DNA of 63,434 bases, the filler included, from Chrysochromulina tobinii (Eukaryota): the NCBI GenBank assembly GCA_001275005.1. It is 6 parts of 6 records of this genome, joined end to end, with 100 filler letters (N's around TTAATTAATTAA, not from the genome) between each part and the next. Parts side by side here need not be neighbours in the genome. Positions count along the whole stretch, not along the records: positions 42,957 to 51,671 come from JWZX01000749.1; positions 51,772 to 60,866 come from JWZX01000751.1; 4 more parts are not named here. One strand, written 5' to 3'. Shown here piece after piece: positions 43,415 through 54,700 of the stretch. The first letter of the stretch is position 1. Each line of letters starts with the position of its first letter. The position numbers were made by a program, and so were the translations under genes. The notes under the pieces are model-generated. The model was not told where the DNA came from. It searched no databases and worked only from the letters and a program-made list of their open reading frames with translations.

Positions 43415-44458
43415 TCACGCGAGCGGCAGCGCTGGACGGCGGCGCCTCTGTGTGATCGCCGCGGCCAACCCCACGATGAGCGCCACCGCGCCCATTGCAG
43501 CGCCCAACAGTCCCGCCGCGCCAGCACCGATAGAGGGCGCGTCCGGCCGCGCGACAACGACGACCGACGCCGCGGACAAGGGCCACGGCGCGGTTGACAC
43601 GTCAGCGTCTGCGCGGCTCCCGACGTCCAGTGAGGCGTGGAGGCGCCGGCCGCCCTGAACCGGCACGTCATATTCCTGCCAATGGCCAGTCGCTGCGACC
43701 CAGCCTTGCTCATGACGCGCGATGCACGCCTTGCTGTCCAGTGACTTGTCGTCTAGCATAGGTACGTGATCTACGGGGACGCCCGCCAGGATGAAGACGC
43801 CAAAGGCGCGATCGCACGTCTCGGACCCTTGGGGCGACTTGCCGCCGTTTTTCTGCATGCAGCGCGGTCGTTCGTCAAACGGGATTCTCGCCGACCACGT
43901 GGCGAGCGGGCACAGGCGATTCCACGCCCACATGTCGGGTCCCCATTTCGGGTCAAAAAGTATGATGGCCGAGGCGCCGGCACGCAGCCGGCCGGCCTTC
44001 TGCTCGCGCAGCAGGTGCTGGAGCGCTGGCACATTTGTGAGTGGGGCCTGCTCCCACCACGTGATGATGTCAGCGTCCACCACGCCGCCTCGGCGATAGT
44101 CTGAGCACGTGACCTTAAAGCCGCGTCCCGGATGCGCCGCAGAAATTGTGGCCGACCTGCTCTCGAGCGACTTACAGTAACGGTTCGCCATCTCGATCGC
44201 TGTCGCCTTCTTGGCGTGCAACGTGAAGCACGACATGCCATCACCATTCCGGGTCCCAATCTCGACAATCTCCTTGCCCTTGATACGCTTCACGACGTAT
44301 GAGTGCACCGCTTGTGGCGAACGGATCGGCGGCGCGTCGAGAGGGTTGGGGACGGCGATCTCGCACGTTTGCGGATGCACCATTTTGTACTCGCGCGTTC
44401 CCTTCGCGCCCAAAATCCAAAAGTTCGGTGTGAACGCGCCGCGTCTTTGGTCTTCCAC
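43415..44458 (-). CDS. Class I SAM-dependent methyltransferase-like protein with C-terminal TM anchor
   Basis: 'IVEIGTRNGDG...ATAIE' motif I/II; hydrophobic tail 'LLGAAMGAVALIVGLAAAI' followed by RRRR. The start is uncertain. Confidence 0.5.
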   Translation of the reverse strand: MEDQRRGAFTPNFWILGAKGTREYKMVHPQTCEIAVPNPLDAPPIRSPQAVHSYVVKRIKGKEIVEIGTRNGDGMSCFTLHAKKATAIEMANRYCKSLESRSATISAAHPGRGFKVTCSDYRRGGVVDADIITWWEQAPLTNVPALQHLLREQKAGRLRAGASAIILFDPKWGPDMWAWNRLCPLATWSARIPFDERPRCMQKNGGKSPQGSETCDRAFGVFILAGVPVDHVPMLDDKSLDSKACIARHEQGWVAATGHWQEYDVPVQGGRRLHASLDVGSRADADVSTAPWPLSAASVVVVARPDAPSIGAGAAGLLGAAMGAVALIVGLAAAITQRRRRPALPLA

Positions 44459-44538
44459 GCCCCCGTCGAAGACAGTCCCGCGGGTATCAAGCTGACCTTT
44501 TCATGGGAACTTTCCGCGAACCCTCGACTGAAATCAGT

Positions 44539-45765
44539 ATGAGCAGACTCATCCTTCGCAGGTTCACTGCCACAGGGACGGCAAACGGCAGTGGACCTTC
44601 TCGGAGCGCGGCAGCGCGCTTAATCGAAGCTGCGAAAGCACAGCTCGCGCCGCTTTCCGCTGGCACCTCACGGCCTCCACGGCCATCGCCCTTGGAAGTG
44701 AGCAATGCCGTGAAGTCCGTGACGAATGGTTACCTTGCTTGGAGCTTGTACGTTGCCCTCCGGCAGAGCGGCACCGGCATCTCGGGCGAAACTCTCGAGG
44801 ATTTGGTCGGCGCCATGCTAACTGTCGACGTCGAGGTGCACGGGGACCTTGCTGCGCGCCGAGCATTGTCAGTCCTCGACGAGGAGCGCCAGCGCACGCA
44901 GGGACTGTCACGGCGTCTGCTCGCGCATGGTGCATCTGCCAGCGCGCTGCTTGGCCTCCCTGACCTCGCAGAATCCCTTTGTGTCGAGGCCGAGCTTCTC
45001 CACGCATCTCGGCGCCACGGCAAGGCGCCGGCATCCGCGCCCGCAGCGTCTGGAGCCGGCTCTGTGGTCGACCTTCCGATGCGAGCCTCGCTGATAGAGG
45101 CGTGCGGGACCGCCGGGCAGCTCGAGCGTGCGTTCGACGAGTATCTGTCACTCGAGGTGCGCACCGGCCGGCGCCCACCGGGCGCGGCTCCAGTTATCGC
45201 CCTGATGAAGGCCTGCGTCGCTGTCGATGACCTCGATGCTGGCTTTGACGTCTTTCGGCGAGCGCGGGAGAGCGCAGAGTTTGAAGTGCGTCCGAGTGCG
45301 CTCGTGCCTCTGCTGCGCGGCTGTGCGCGGCAGGGCGCGCTCGCGCGCGCGATGAACGTGCTACAGATCGCCGACGAGCACGGACTGGATGTTCACAGCG
45401 CCGCGGTCCGTGAATTTGCGCGGGCAGGCGGAGCTGAGTTTCTGCGCTTGGCACGGCGCTTGCATGCGGAGGCGCGCGCCGTGGGGAAGCGCATGCCGGT
45501 GGCGAGCACGACCAAGCTGGCGAGGGCATGCCTCCTGGCGGGGGATGCTGGTGCGGCCGCGGAAGTGCTGCTCGGCTCACCGCGCGCCGCCGAAGGGACG
45601 ACAGAGCCTGCTATGGAGGACGATGCTGTTGGCGAGGGCGCGGGCCGCCCCGTGCAGCGGTCGGGCGGCCGGACGACGCACGACCTCGACAGCGCGTTGG
45701 ATCTGTTGCACTCGCTTGCGCGGCAAGAGCATCATCGCGAGCTGATCACGCCCGATGAAAGGTGA
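44539..45765 (+). CDS. Pentatricopeptide-repeat protein, probably mitochondrial
   Basis: Arg-rich presequence 'MSRLILRRF'; PPR-like 'SLIEACGTAGQLERAF', 'ALMKAC...DLDAGF', 'LLRGCARQGALARA'. May continue through a downstream intron. Confidence 0.7.
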   Translation: MSRLILRRFTATGTANGSGPSRSAAARLIEAAKAQLAPLSAGTSRPPRPSPLEVSNAVKSVTNGYLAWSLYVALRQSGTGISGETLEDLVGAMLTVDVEVHGDLAARRALSVLDEERQRTQGLSRRLLAHGASASALLGLPDLAESLCVEAELLHASRRHGKAPASAPAASGAGSVVDLPMRASLIEACGTAGQLERAFDEYLSLEVRTGRRPPGAAPVIALMKACVAVDDLDAGFDVFRRARESAEFEVRPSALVPLLRGCARQGALARAMNVLQIADEHGLDVHSAAVREFARAGGAEFLRLARRLHAEARAVGKRMPVASTTKLARACLLAGDAGAAAEVLLGSPRAAEGTTEPAMEDDAVGEGAGRPVQRSGGRTTHDLDSALDLLHSLARQEHHRELITPDER

Positions 45766-46237
45766 CGACGTGGTCGAACGGACCGTTCGGACAAGCGCTC
45801 TGGGCCCGATACGTATCCTCCGGAAATGAGTTTAATGAGACAATGAGACACGCGCTACATGACGCGCTACTAGATAATTTGTCTCTTTTCACCAGACCTA
45901 CCAAACTTCCGAAGTGTTGATACCCCGGAGTTGATTGCAGCTGCACACCTGCGTACAGTGATTCGATGGATGCCGCCTCCCACCGCGTCATCCTGTCTCA
46001 TAACCGAACCTGACACCCCCGCACCCCTCGTGTCCCTGTCGGTGTTCTTGAGTGTTGTGTCTGTAGTCTGCGCCCTCCACGTTGTGTCTCCACGGGACCT
46101 GTGGTGGTGCGTCTTGCCGAGTGGGTAAATTTATAAACTGAACGTACAAAATGTATACTGGGTCAGCCATGGACAGCTGTGATTCATGGTGTGTTGTGCA
46201 TGTACGAGTTTCGTCCTCTCACGCACATTCAAAAACC

Positions 46238-47239
46238 ATGCTTCATGTCTTCGACGGCGTGCTCGCGCCCTCAACGTCTCGTTATCTGCACACGGCATCT
46301 TCCTTGGGCGAGCTGGGCGATGAGCTGCACACCGTCTTCTTGCGCGACAGCCCGCCAAAAACCGCCATCGAAAGCTGCCTGCAATCCATCCTCCGCGAGC
46401 TCAACGACCCAAGCCCATGCGTGGAATAGTGAGTCCCTCTGGACTTCAAACAGCGCCGCTTGTCCTAAGAGTTGAAGAACGCGTGTTCGAATCGCATCGC
46501 TCTCAGCTGGTGGCGGGACGAGTGGGTGCACGTGGAGGCGCACGAGGATGTGGACGAGTATCTATTCGAATCAACCGGCGAGAGGCGTTACCCTGAGCAT
46601 GCCCATGTACTCTACCTAACCGTTGGTCGCGCGATACGCGCGCCAACGTGCGTGTGGGATCGCACGCACGAGCACGCACCGCGGTCTGGGACCCTCGGAG
46701 ATCTGAGCATTGTACCCGCGCGCACCGGCCGATTGCTGCGGTTCAACGGCAAGCGGATGCATGGCGTGCCGCGACCGACTTTGCGCTGGTTCCCCCTATC
46801 GAGCCGCAACGAGGGCGTTTCGGCGGTCAGCAGCACCGAGGGATCCTCACAACGGCCGACCAAGGACGATCTCGTGCGATCCGTTGTGCTCTTCAATACG
46901 TGGGCGGTACCGCCATTAGACGTTGAGACGGCCGACGGAGCGGCCGACCCACGGGAGGTCATTCGCAAGCTGGCGGTTGACTTCTCGTCGCCGAAGATCG
47001 ACGCGCTCGTCGAGGTGATGGAGACGCCGGACACGCACTGCACGCCGCGCGACCAATGGCATTCCGTCCAGATTGAGCGTGCGCCAGCGGGCCGAAGGGC
47101 GCGCGAGCCCGTTAAGGTTTGGCTGCTTGGTGACAAGGAGCGCCGGCTGCATCCAGAGCGCACGATCGAGCTCGTCGCGCACGAGGAGCTGGCGCGCGCT
47201 CTGCAGGAGGAGGTAGCTGTGACCAGCCTGGGAGTCTGA
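46238..47239 (+). CDS. 2OG-Fe(II) oxygenase-like protein; two exons (intron 46429-46506)
   Basis: The GTGAGT...CAG intron joins 'VEY|WWR'; HxD 'AHEDVDE', 'HVLYL', 'GRLLRFNG..MHGV', 'RSVVLFNTW'. Confidence 0.7.
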
Positions 47240-47472
47240 GAGAGGGACGCCCGTTGAAAGGAAGGGAGCGAATTTCTCGATGACTCCTTGTTTCACAGCG
47301 GGGGACCCTCCTGCCGCGAGCTGCGGGCGCCTGGGAGGCGCCCCTAATGAGGGATGTAATTGCGATCGCCACGAAACTTCGGGCCCGCCGCCGCGGTAAG
47401 GTTCGGGGTGCGCGGCAGCACGTGCGCGTGTGCTTCCAACCCAGGCTCTCCTCCTTCCGACGCTTCCGAGCG

Positions 47473-48990
47473 ATGTCCAAGGGCGTAGGCGCCCATCCTC
47501 ATCAAGGCCAGCACAAGTCACCGGCGCAATTAACTCAAGGCATCGTCACAGACTTGGGCCTGACCTTCGGGCACTCTTCCTTCACGACATTCCCGCAGAG
47601 GTTTCCAAGGCAGAATCCCCCTCGGGCGAAAATCACGTCGCCAGTGGAGCAGGTCCTGGGCAACGATGATCTTCAGTTGCTCAAGAAGTTGGTCGGTGCC
47701 AAGCAATGGGACGAGCTCGCCGAAGCTCGCGAGTTTAAGCAGCGGGTTCCTGTACGCGGCGCCGGTGGCTGCAACGCCGTCGGGAACCCGAGAACATGCT
47801 GCTACCGGGTGCCACTGATGCAGAGGTTGGAGCAGATGGCGGCGTGGAGTCGCGCACACGAACTCCCTCAGCGCCTCAACGTCCTCTACCCTTACGCCGG
47901 CGCCGATCTACTCAACTCATACGGTCTCTTCCCCTCAGCCCCAGTCCACGTCCTCTCGGCGTACCACGTGGCTTACGCACCGAACGCGGAGACGGACGAC
48001 CCGGCGGACCTGTTCGCCGAGACGCGCCGCTGCCTGCGCGACGCCGAGTGCGCCCACATGATGGTCGAAGCCGCAGCCAACTATTACCGGCACATCATGT
48101 GCCTCGGCTTCCGCTCGGCCATGTCCGCGTGGATGGAGGGACGGTTCTTCAACAAGGGGATCGGCACCTTCCCGTCGATGCTGCTGCTCACGCGGCTGCT
48201 CGACATGGATCTGCTCTCCGTCACCATGCTGCGCCGCCCCGGCGTCCACAAGGGTGACCAAACATACCACGGCACCGGCTTCAGCCTGACGGTCCAGCGA
48301 CGGACCAAGCTGCCCACAGAGACCGAGCTGCCGCCTCCTCAGAAGATCGTGTATCTCGGCGAGCTCTATGCGCCAGAGACGGTCTCCCCTTTCTTCGACT
48401 CGGTCGAGCGTCACATCTCGCTCAAGCGGATAGTCTTCATCAACAAGGCCATCCTCCTCCTCGATTCGAACGGCCGGGGCGGCGTGACTGGCGAGGAGCC
48501 CCACTTGACGCACGGAGCGTTCTTCAAGACGGAGCTGTGCAACCGAGGAGCCATCGTCAGCGCGATGGTGCAGGATGCGACCGGATTTGACCTGTACTTT
48601 GCGGGCGACCTTGGCATTGCACCGGCGAAGGGCATTCGGATCTACGGCGACTGCCCGAGCGCACGCGCGGAGACGGATGAATTTGAATGGGCGCATCGGG
48701 TGCCCGCGGTGCTCGAATTCCCGCCCAAGGTGCCCTTCGGCGCTCGCTCATTCAATCGGACGGCGGGGCGGTTTTCGGAGCGCCGGTTTTACAACTCGTC
48801 CGACCCGCTGATCTCGATTGAGCCGTTGCCGTTCGGCTGGTCCCATTACAGCATGGTGGACGAGGCCGACACGGGCTGCTTGATGGTCCATCTAGCGCCA
48901 CATCGTAAGGCGGACCAAGACGATCAGCCCTCGTGTGGGAAGCGGCGGACGGGAGGCGCCGGAGGAAAGAACAAGCAGGATTTGACTTGA
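47473..48990 (+). CDS. Uncharacterised protein resembling a bacterial 'YPFSGPD' family
   Basis: Intronless ORF of about 500 aa; motifs 'VLYPYAGADLLNSYGLFPSA', 'VQDATGF', 'IYG', 'PLPFGW..Y'. Confidence 0.5.
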   Translation: MSKGVGAHPHQGQHKSPAQLTQGIVTDLGLTFGHSSFTTFPQRFPRQNPPRAKITSPVEQVLGNDDLQLLKKLVGAKQWDELAEAREFKQRVPVRGAGGCNAVGNPRTCCYRVPLMQRLEQMAAWSRAHELPQRLNVLYPYAGADLLNSYGLFPSAPVHVLSAYHVAYAPNAETDDPADLFAETRRCLRDAECAHMMVEAAANYYRHIMCLGFRSAMSAWMEGRFFNKGIGTFPSMLLLTRLLDMDLLSVTMLRRPGVHKGDQTYHGTGFSLTVQRRTKLPTETELPPPQKIVYLGELYAPETVSPFFDSVERHISLKRIVFINKAILLLDSNGRGGVTGEEPHLTHGAFFKTELCNRGAIVSAMVQDATGFDLYFAGDLGIAPAKGIRIYGDCPSARAETDEFEWAHRVPAVLEFPPKVPFGARSFNRTAGRFSERRFYNSSDPLISIEPLPFGWSHYSMVDEADTGCLMVHLAPHRKADQDDQPSCGKRRTGGAGGKNKQDLT

Positions 48991-49669
48991 CTTGACTTGC
49001 ATGACTTGCGTCGCCTCGGCGCGGTCGAGCACGCAGACTGAAGGGCAACGCCCGACGAAGCTGCAAGAGACTGAGAGCGGGATGCATCACGCGGTCCGGT
49101 CGAAGGAGACGAGAGAACGGAAATTCGAAATTGAATCCCGGGGATTGGCGGTGCTAGGTGCGGGCGGGGGACTCGCATGTGAGGGCTATAGGTTTGAGCT
49201 TTGACTCATGACTGAACAGATTTTTGGATGCATGTTAAACAAGATGTTACCGAGGTGTTAATAGCGGTCTACATGTATCTTATTACGTGTCGTCTTGACG
49301 AAGTTGATTTCTATTAGAGACTAGGAAGGGTTTTGAAGAGACGAAGATCAAGATGACGCGCGGGGGTCCCGGGTAATATGCCCCACGAAATAACCGAACG
49401 TCCAACGTCGTGCGCGTGGGCGAGTCGCGCGACGCGCCGACGCGGACTCGCCACGTGTACGCTGCCCGTTGGCATGTTTTACTTACTTACTTACTTACGC
49501 AGATTAAGATTCGAGCCGAGGCAGCGTCGGTCGCGAAGAATGTCGAAAGAAAGGTCGCGACGCGAGACGCCCATTAACGCCACGTGATGGTGCACCACCT
49601 GAACATCAAGTGAATACGATATTATCTGAACATCGTTCTCAAGTGATTGCAGAGAACTCGTCTCAGTCC

Positions 49670-51546
49670 TCAGGCAGCAGCCCCTTTGGCCATCATCTCG
49701 AGCATGGCCACCAGATCGTCCGCGTACGCCTCTGCCTTCTCATCAGGCCAGATGGGCGTCGCGTACTGCACTGTCAAGCAGAGCTGGCCGTTGACGGTCA
49801 CCGCAGAGACGGAGATGGAGGGCGCCGAGACCGTCTGCGAAATGCCAAAGAAGAGACGCGAGAGGGCGAGGTCCCCGTGGACGGTCGGGTGCGCGTAGAC
49901 CCCGACATTCGAGACCCCCGAGGAGTATGCTCGGCCGAGCGTCCCGTGGTCTTGTGAGCCGAGCTCGACAACGCGGTTCATATTCATAAACTCCCAGCCG
50001 GATGCGAAGAGCAGCAGCGACTCCCGACCCCACCCGTCGGCGATCCATTTGCGCGTCTGGCTATGGCACGCGGCAGCCACCTGCCAGAAGCGCTCCGTGT
50101 CGCCGGCGCGCACGGCCGCGCCTGCGCCGGCTGGTAGGTCGAGGAGCAGATCGAGGGATCCTGTGCCTGCGAGCACGGTGCCTTGTGACCAGTCGTCTCG
50201 CGCCCCCGGCTGCTCTGCCTCCCCCTCGCCAAAGTTCAGCGTGCGCATATCGAGGGCCTGCAGCACCTTATACCGCTCGGCAACGGGCGACGTCGGTGCC
50301 ACCTCAGCACCCACCACGGCGCCCACCTCAGCGCCATCCGGTTGCCCCCACCGCGGTGCCCACCACGGTGCCCATCACATCACTGGCCCCAAGGCACGGC
50401 TGCGGCGCAGAGCGCTGCCGAAGCTGTGACGCCGCGCGCGCGGCACGCCTGCACGAGCGCCGCGGTGGTCGCTGGCGCGAGCGTTCGGAAGACGTTGCGC
50501 GTCGAGCGTGCACGGTGCTCCCAACGCGCCGCCTCCGCCGCCACCTGCTCGGGCGCGGGGACCCAAGTCGGCAGCACGCGCATCCCCGAGGCCGCCATCT
50601 GCCACGCCGCATACTTGATCGTCGAGAGGCGCACCCGCCCGGGCTCCCACGAGGGCAGCCAGCGACGCCCGCCCAGCTCGGGCCCCCACGCGTTCCCAAA
50701 TCTGCCGATGAGGAGCTCGAGCCGAGATTTGATCTCCTCGGCCTGTCGCTGCTCCTTCCCAAGCAGCGCGCCTTCCACAGAGGGCGGGAGCGGCAGCGGC
50801 GTGGGTGGAGCGACCGGGCGGCCAGCGCGCCTTTCCGCCAGCACGCTCAGCACTTCGGACAGCACACGGTTGAACGAGAGCTGATCGGAGACAGCGTGGT
50901 TGGCCGCGTATACGAGTGCGGAGGAGCGCGCAGACGCCCCTGCCCCCGAGGGTGCGTAGAGTGTGAGCCGCCAGAGCGGTCCGTCGCCATCCTCATCGAG
51001 GACGAGCCCATCCATCGCCTCGCTGAACCCCGCGCGCCACGCTGCCTCCAGCGCTTCCTCCACGTCCGTGCTCTCCCCACTCGGCAGTGCCACGACGGTG
51101 AGCGCGCGCCTTGCCAGCTCAGACGGTGGCAGCGGCGAGGGCTCGAATCGCTGGATGTCGTCGTCGGGGTACGTACGCATCAGCTCTTTGGTGTACGCAA
51201 AGGCCCGCCCGAGGTAGTCCGAGTGCATCGGGTACGGCTGCGCATTGGGCACGTGGTACTTGCTCTTGCCGCGCACGCAAGCCGCCAGCATCGGGTGGCG
51301 CTGCAGCACGTGCTCGAGGCCGGCGAGCAGCTCCGACACGGTGGGCGGCGGCCCCTCAAGAATCGCCGCGCTCACGTGCGCCGTCGTCATCGCGCCACTC
51401 CAGCTGCGCCGCGCATTGAGCAGCCGCTCCATCTGGCCGAGTGGCCGGCGCACGCCGTCGCCCTCCCAGCGCGGAGGGAAGACGACGCTCGCAGGCAGCG
51501 GCTTCTCGAGCAGGAGCGCCGGGGATGGGCTGCGCGCGGCAAGCAC
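49670..51546 (-). pseudogene. Condensation-domain / alcohol acyltransferase (PapA5/ATF-like), split by apparent frameshifts
   Basis: 'RPLGQMER', 'RHPML', 'GPLWRLTL', HxxxD 'NHAVSD', 'CRARGVT', 'GVSNVG', 'VTVNGQLCLTVQY'. The frame changes twice at about 50330-50400. Confidence 0.7.
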
Positions 51547-51671
51547 CGATGCCGGCCGCGACCAGCGTGGCGGAAAAAAAAAACTCGTCGGGGTACGTAC
51601 GCATCAGCTCCTTGGTGTACGCAAAGGCCCGCCCGAGGTAGTCCGAGTGCATCGGGTACGGCTGCGCGTTG

Positions 51672-51771
51672 NNNNNNNNNNNNNNNNNNNNNNNNNNNNN
51701 NNNNNNNNNNNNNNNTTAATTAATTAANNNNNNNNNNNNNNNNNNNNNNNNNNNNNNNNNNNNNNNNNNNN
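51672..51771. other. Artificial contig-joining linker
   Basis: N-run + TTAATTAATTAA + N-run. Confidence 0.98.
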
Positions 51772-51772
51772 C

Positions 51773-54700
51773 GGCGCGGGCGGCGGCGAAAAGGCAGCAC
51801 GCCTCGCCGAAAACGGCGTGGAGTGCCCGGGCGTCGTGTGCGAGCCCCTCTTATGGCTCGAGTGCCCCGCGCATTGTGTGGCCTTCTCACAAGGCAAGAT
51901 TGCTGTTGCCGGTGACCAGCTCGTCACCGTCTTCGATACGGAGTCGGGCGCCACGCTGTGCAAGATGCCGCGCACGTCGCGTGTGCGCTGCTGCGCCCTC
52001 ACGTCCACAGGCAGCATCGTGGTCGTGGGCGGCTTCGACAAGAAGGTGACGATGTACAATGTCTGCGCCGGTACCGAGATGAGCCACTTTACGTGTGCCG
52101 ACGACTCGGTGTGGTCGGTGCACCTGTCGGCGGACTCGTCGCTCCTCGCCATCGGCTCGGGCCAGACCACAAACACGGCCAAGGGGTATGTCTGCCTGTA
52201 CGATGCGAACGCCCATGGCCCAGGCCCGACCGGCGGCACCTCACCGGGGCTGCTCGCCAGATGGGATCATCCCAGGGTTGTCTGGTGCGTGCGCCTCTCG
52301 CCCGACGGCACCGTTCTAGTCGCTGCCGACTGGAACATGAAGATGACCGTGTACGACACGCACCCGAGCCAGCTGCGCCAGATCCAGCAGCTCGAGCTCT
52401 TTACCTCCATGTCGTTCAGTTGCCTGGGTCGATCCATGCAATTCTCACCGGACAATTCACACCTCGCGCTCGGCTGCTGGAGCGGCAACGCGCATCTGTA
52501 CCGGCTCTCGCGCGCCACCTCGGGCGCCCGCACTGCGGCCGCCGGCGCGCCGGCGCCGCCGTCTTGCACGCCATCGCTCTCGGGCAACTTCGTTCTAGGG
52601 ACCCCCGAACCGCCGCCGCCGCCTCTGGAGATGTACGAGATCGCGAGGGTCAAGCGCACGGATCGTGTGTACGCGGTTGGGCTGGACGCGCACGGCCAGC
52701 ACATGTGCGTGGGAGGGCGCGACAAGACGGTCGCCCTTTATGAAATCGAGCCCGACGGTGCCCAGCACAAGACCTCGCTCATCTGGACGGCCGTCGCTGA
52801 GGACTTTGTGTACGCCGTCGCCCTGTCGGCCGACCTCACGTATTGTGTGTACGGCGGCACCAACAAGGCAGTCGTGGTGCTCGACGGGCGCACGGGCGTG
52901 CCCGATTGGCGCGTTGCGCTGCCCGGTGCCGTCTGGTGCATCTCGATGCTGCCAGATTCGTCCAGGATGGCCGTCGGTGGCGAGCTGCCCACAGTGAACG
53001 TGTACGATCTGGCCAACCAGCGCGACGTGTTGCAGTTGCCCACGGAGATGTTAACCTATGACATCACCATCTCGCCCGATGCGCTCTGCTTCACCAACGG
53101 CCACTTCGCCTCCCTGTACGGGCGCGGCGGCACAGAGTACGCATGGCACGACCCACCCTCGTTCCGCGCCATTTCGTCACTCATTGCGACGATGCTCACG
53201 AGCGAGGAGCAGCTGCTGCATTCGATGCGCCTCATCCTTGACGCGCACCCCGCCATCGTCAACGCGCGCGACCCGGACACGGGCGCGTCGCTCCTGCACT
53301 TTGTCATCTCGCACGCCAACCAACCGAAGCTATTCGAGCTGCTAATGAGCGCGCAGTGCCTCATCGGCATGCAGGCCGACGCGCACGGGCGCACGTGCCT
53401 GCATGCGGCCCTCGAGCAAGGCAAGTGGCGCTCGGTGCAGCAGCTCCTCGAGGCGCTTCGGCACAAGCGCTTCTCGATCATCCCTGGCTCAATGCGTCTC
53501 GTGGCTGAGTGCCTCGAGGCGATCGCCGTCGACTACCCGCTCGACTTTTTGCAATACATCAGCAACATGCCGCTCGACCCCGAGCCCGAGGTACTCGGCG
53601 ACATCGACGCCTTTGGCGTGAAGCTGGACTCGGTCCTTCTCTGTGGCACCACCCAACGGTGTCCTAAAGGCATCTGGAAGGCGAAGCTCGCGCAGTACTC
53701 GCGAACATCGCATCAGGAGGACGCCGAGCCTGCGCCGCGCCACGGGAGCACGCGCACTCTCTCCAGCACGCGTATAACAGAACTGTTCAAACCCATGGCG
53801 CACAAGCCTGAGAGCGGCGGCACCACAGCGGCGGCCGTAGCCAATGACCGATCCATTGAGATAGGGTACAGCAAGAAGGCAGGCGGCGGGCTGCAGGCAT
53901 ACCGCGTGCCCATGGAGAACTTTGCGGGCCTTCTCGAGCACGGGCCGACCCCGGTGTCGCCCCTCCAGCTGGTGGTCGACGCGGTGGCGAAGACGCGCGA
54001 CTACTCCGTCTTTGACTCGGAGCTCGTGGAGCACCTCATCAAGTTCAAGTGGAAGAGCTTTGCCAAAGAGGCCTTCTATCACGAGCTCCTCATGTATGTG
54101 TTCGACATGATCTGGGTGCTCTACTTCAACATGGAAGCCGCCGGTACTCTAGAGTACACCTGGAGTGATCTGCTTGGCAGTGGGGTCGAGATCACTACAC
54201 CACAAGGTTGGTTCTTCTTCGGGTTGGTCTGGACAAGCATCTACTGCGCGAGGAAATTGTCGACCGAGATTCGCCAGCTGCGCAACCTCGGCGCACTCAC
54301 ATACTTGAGCAGCATGTGGAATTGGTGTGACATCATCGCCATCTTTGGACAGTTGACTATCAACGTGCTCCTCTGCTTGCGCGACGAAGATGGCGTTCTT
54401 CTGATCCCGGGGTTGACGCAACAATTCGGGTCGGCGAACGGACTGCCGAACGCGACGGCCCGTCGCCTTGCAGAACGAGGGCCACCGCTCGAGGCCGCTG
54501 CTGGCCTGAGCGGTGGCGGCGTCGGCGGCAGAGCTGCCGCTGGCTGGCCGGTGATGGTCGACGAAGAGCCGGGTGAGAGCATGCACCACGCGATGCGCTG
54601 GCTGAAAGGGCGAAGTAGTGGTCGGTCCTACGACGACGGGTCGGGCGTGATCGACAACGAGATTGGGTTGCTCATATACCTGCAGTCGCTCGTATGCCTC

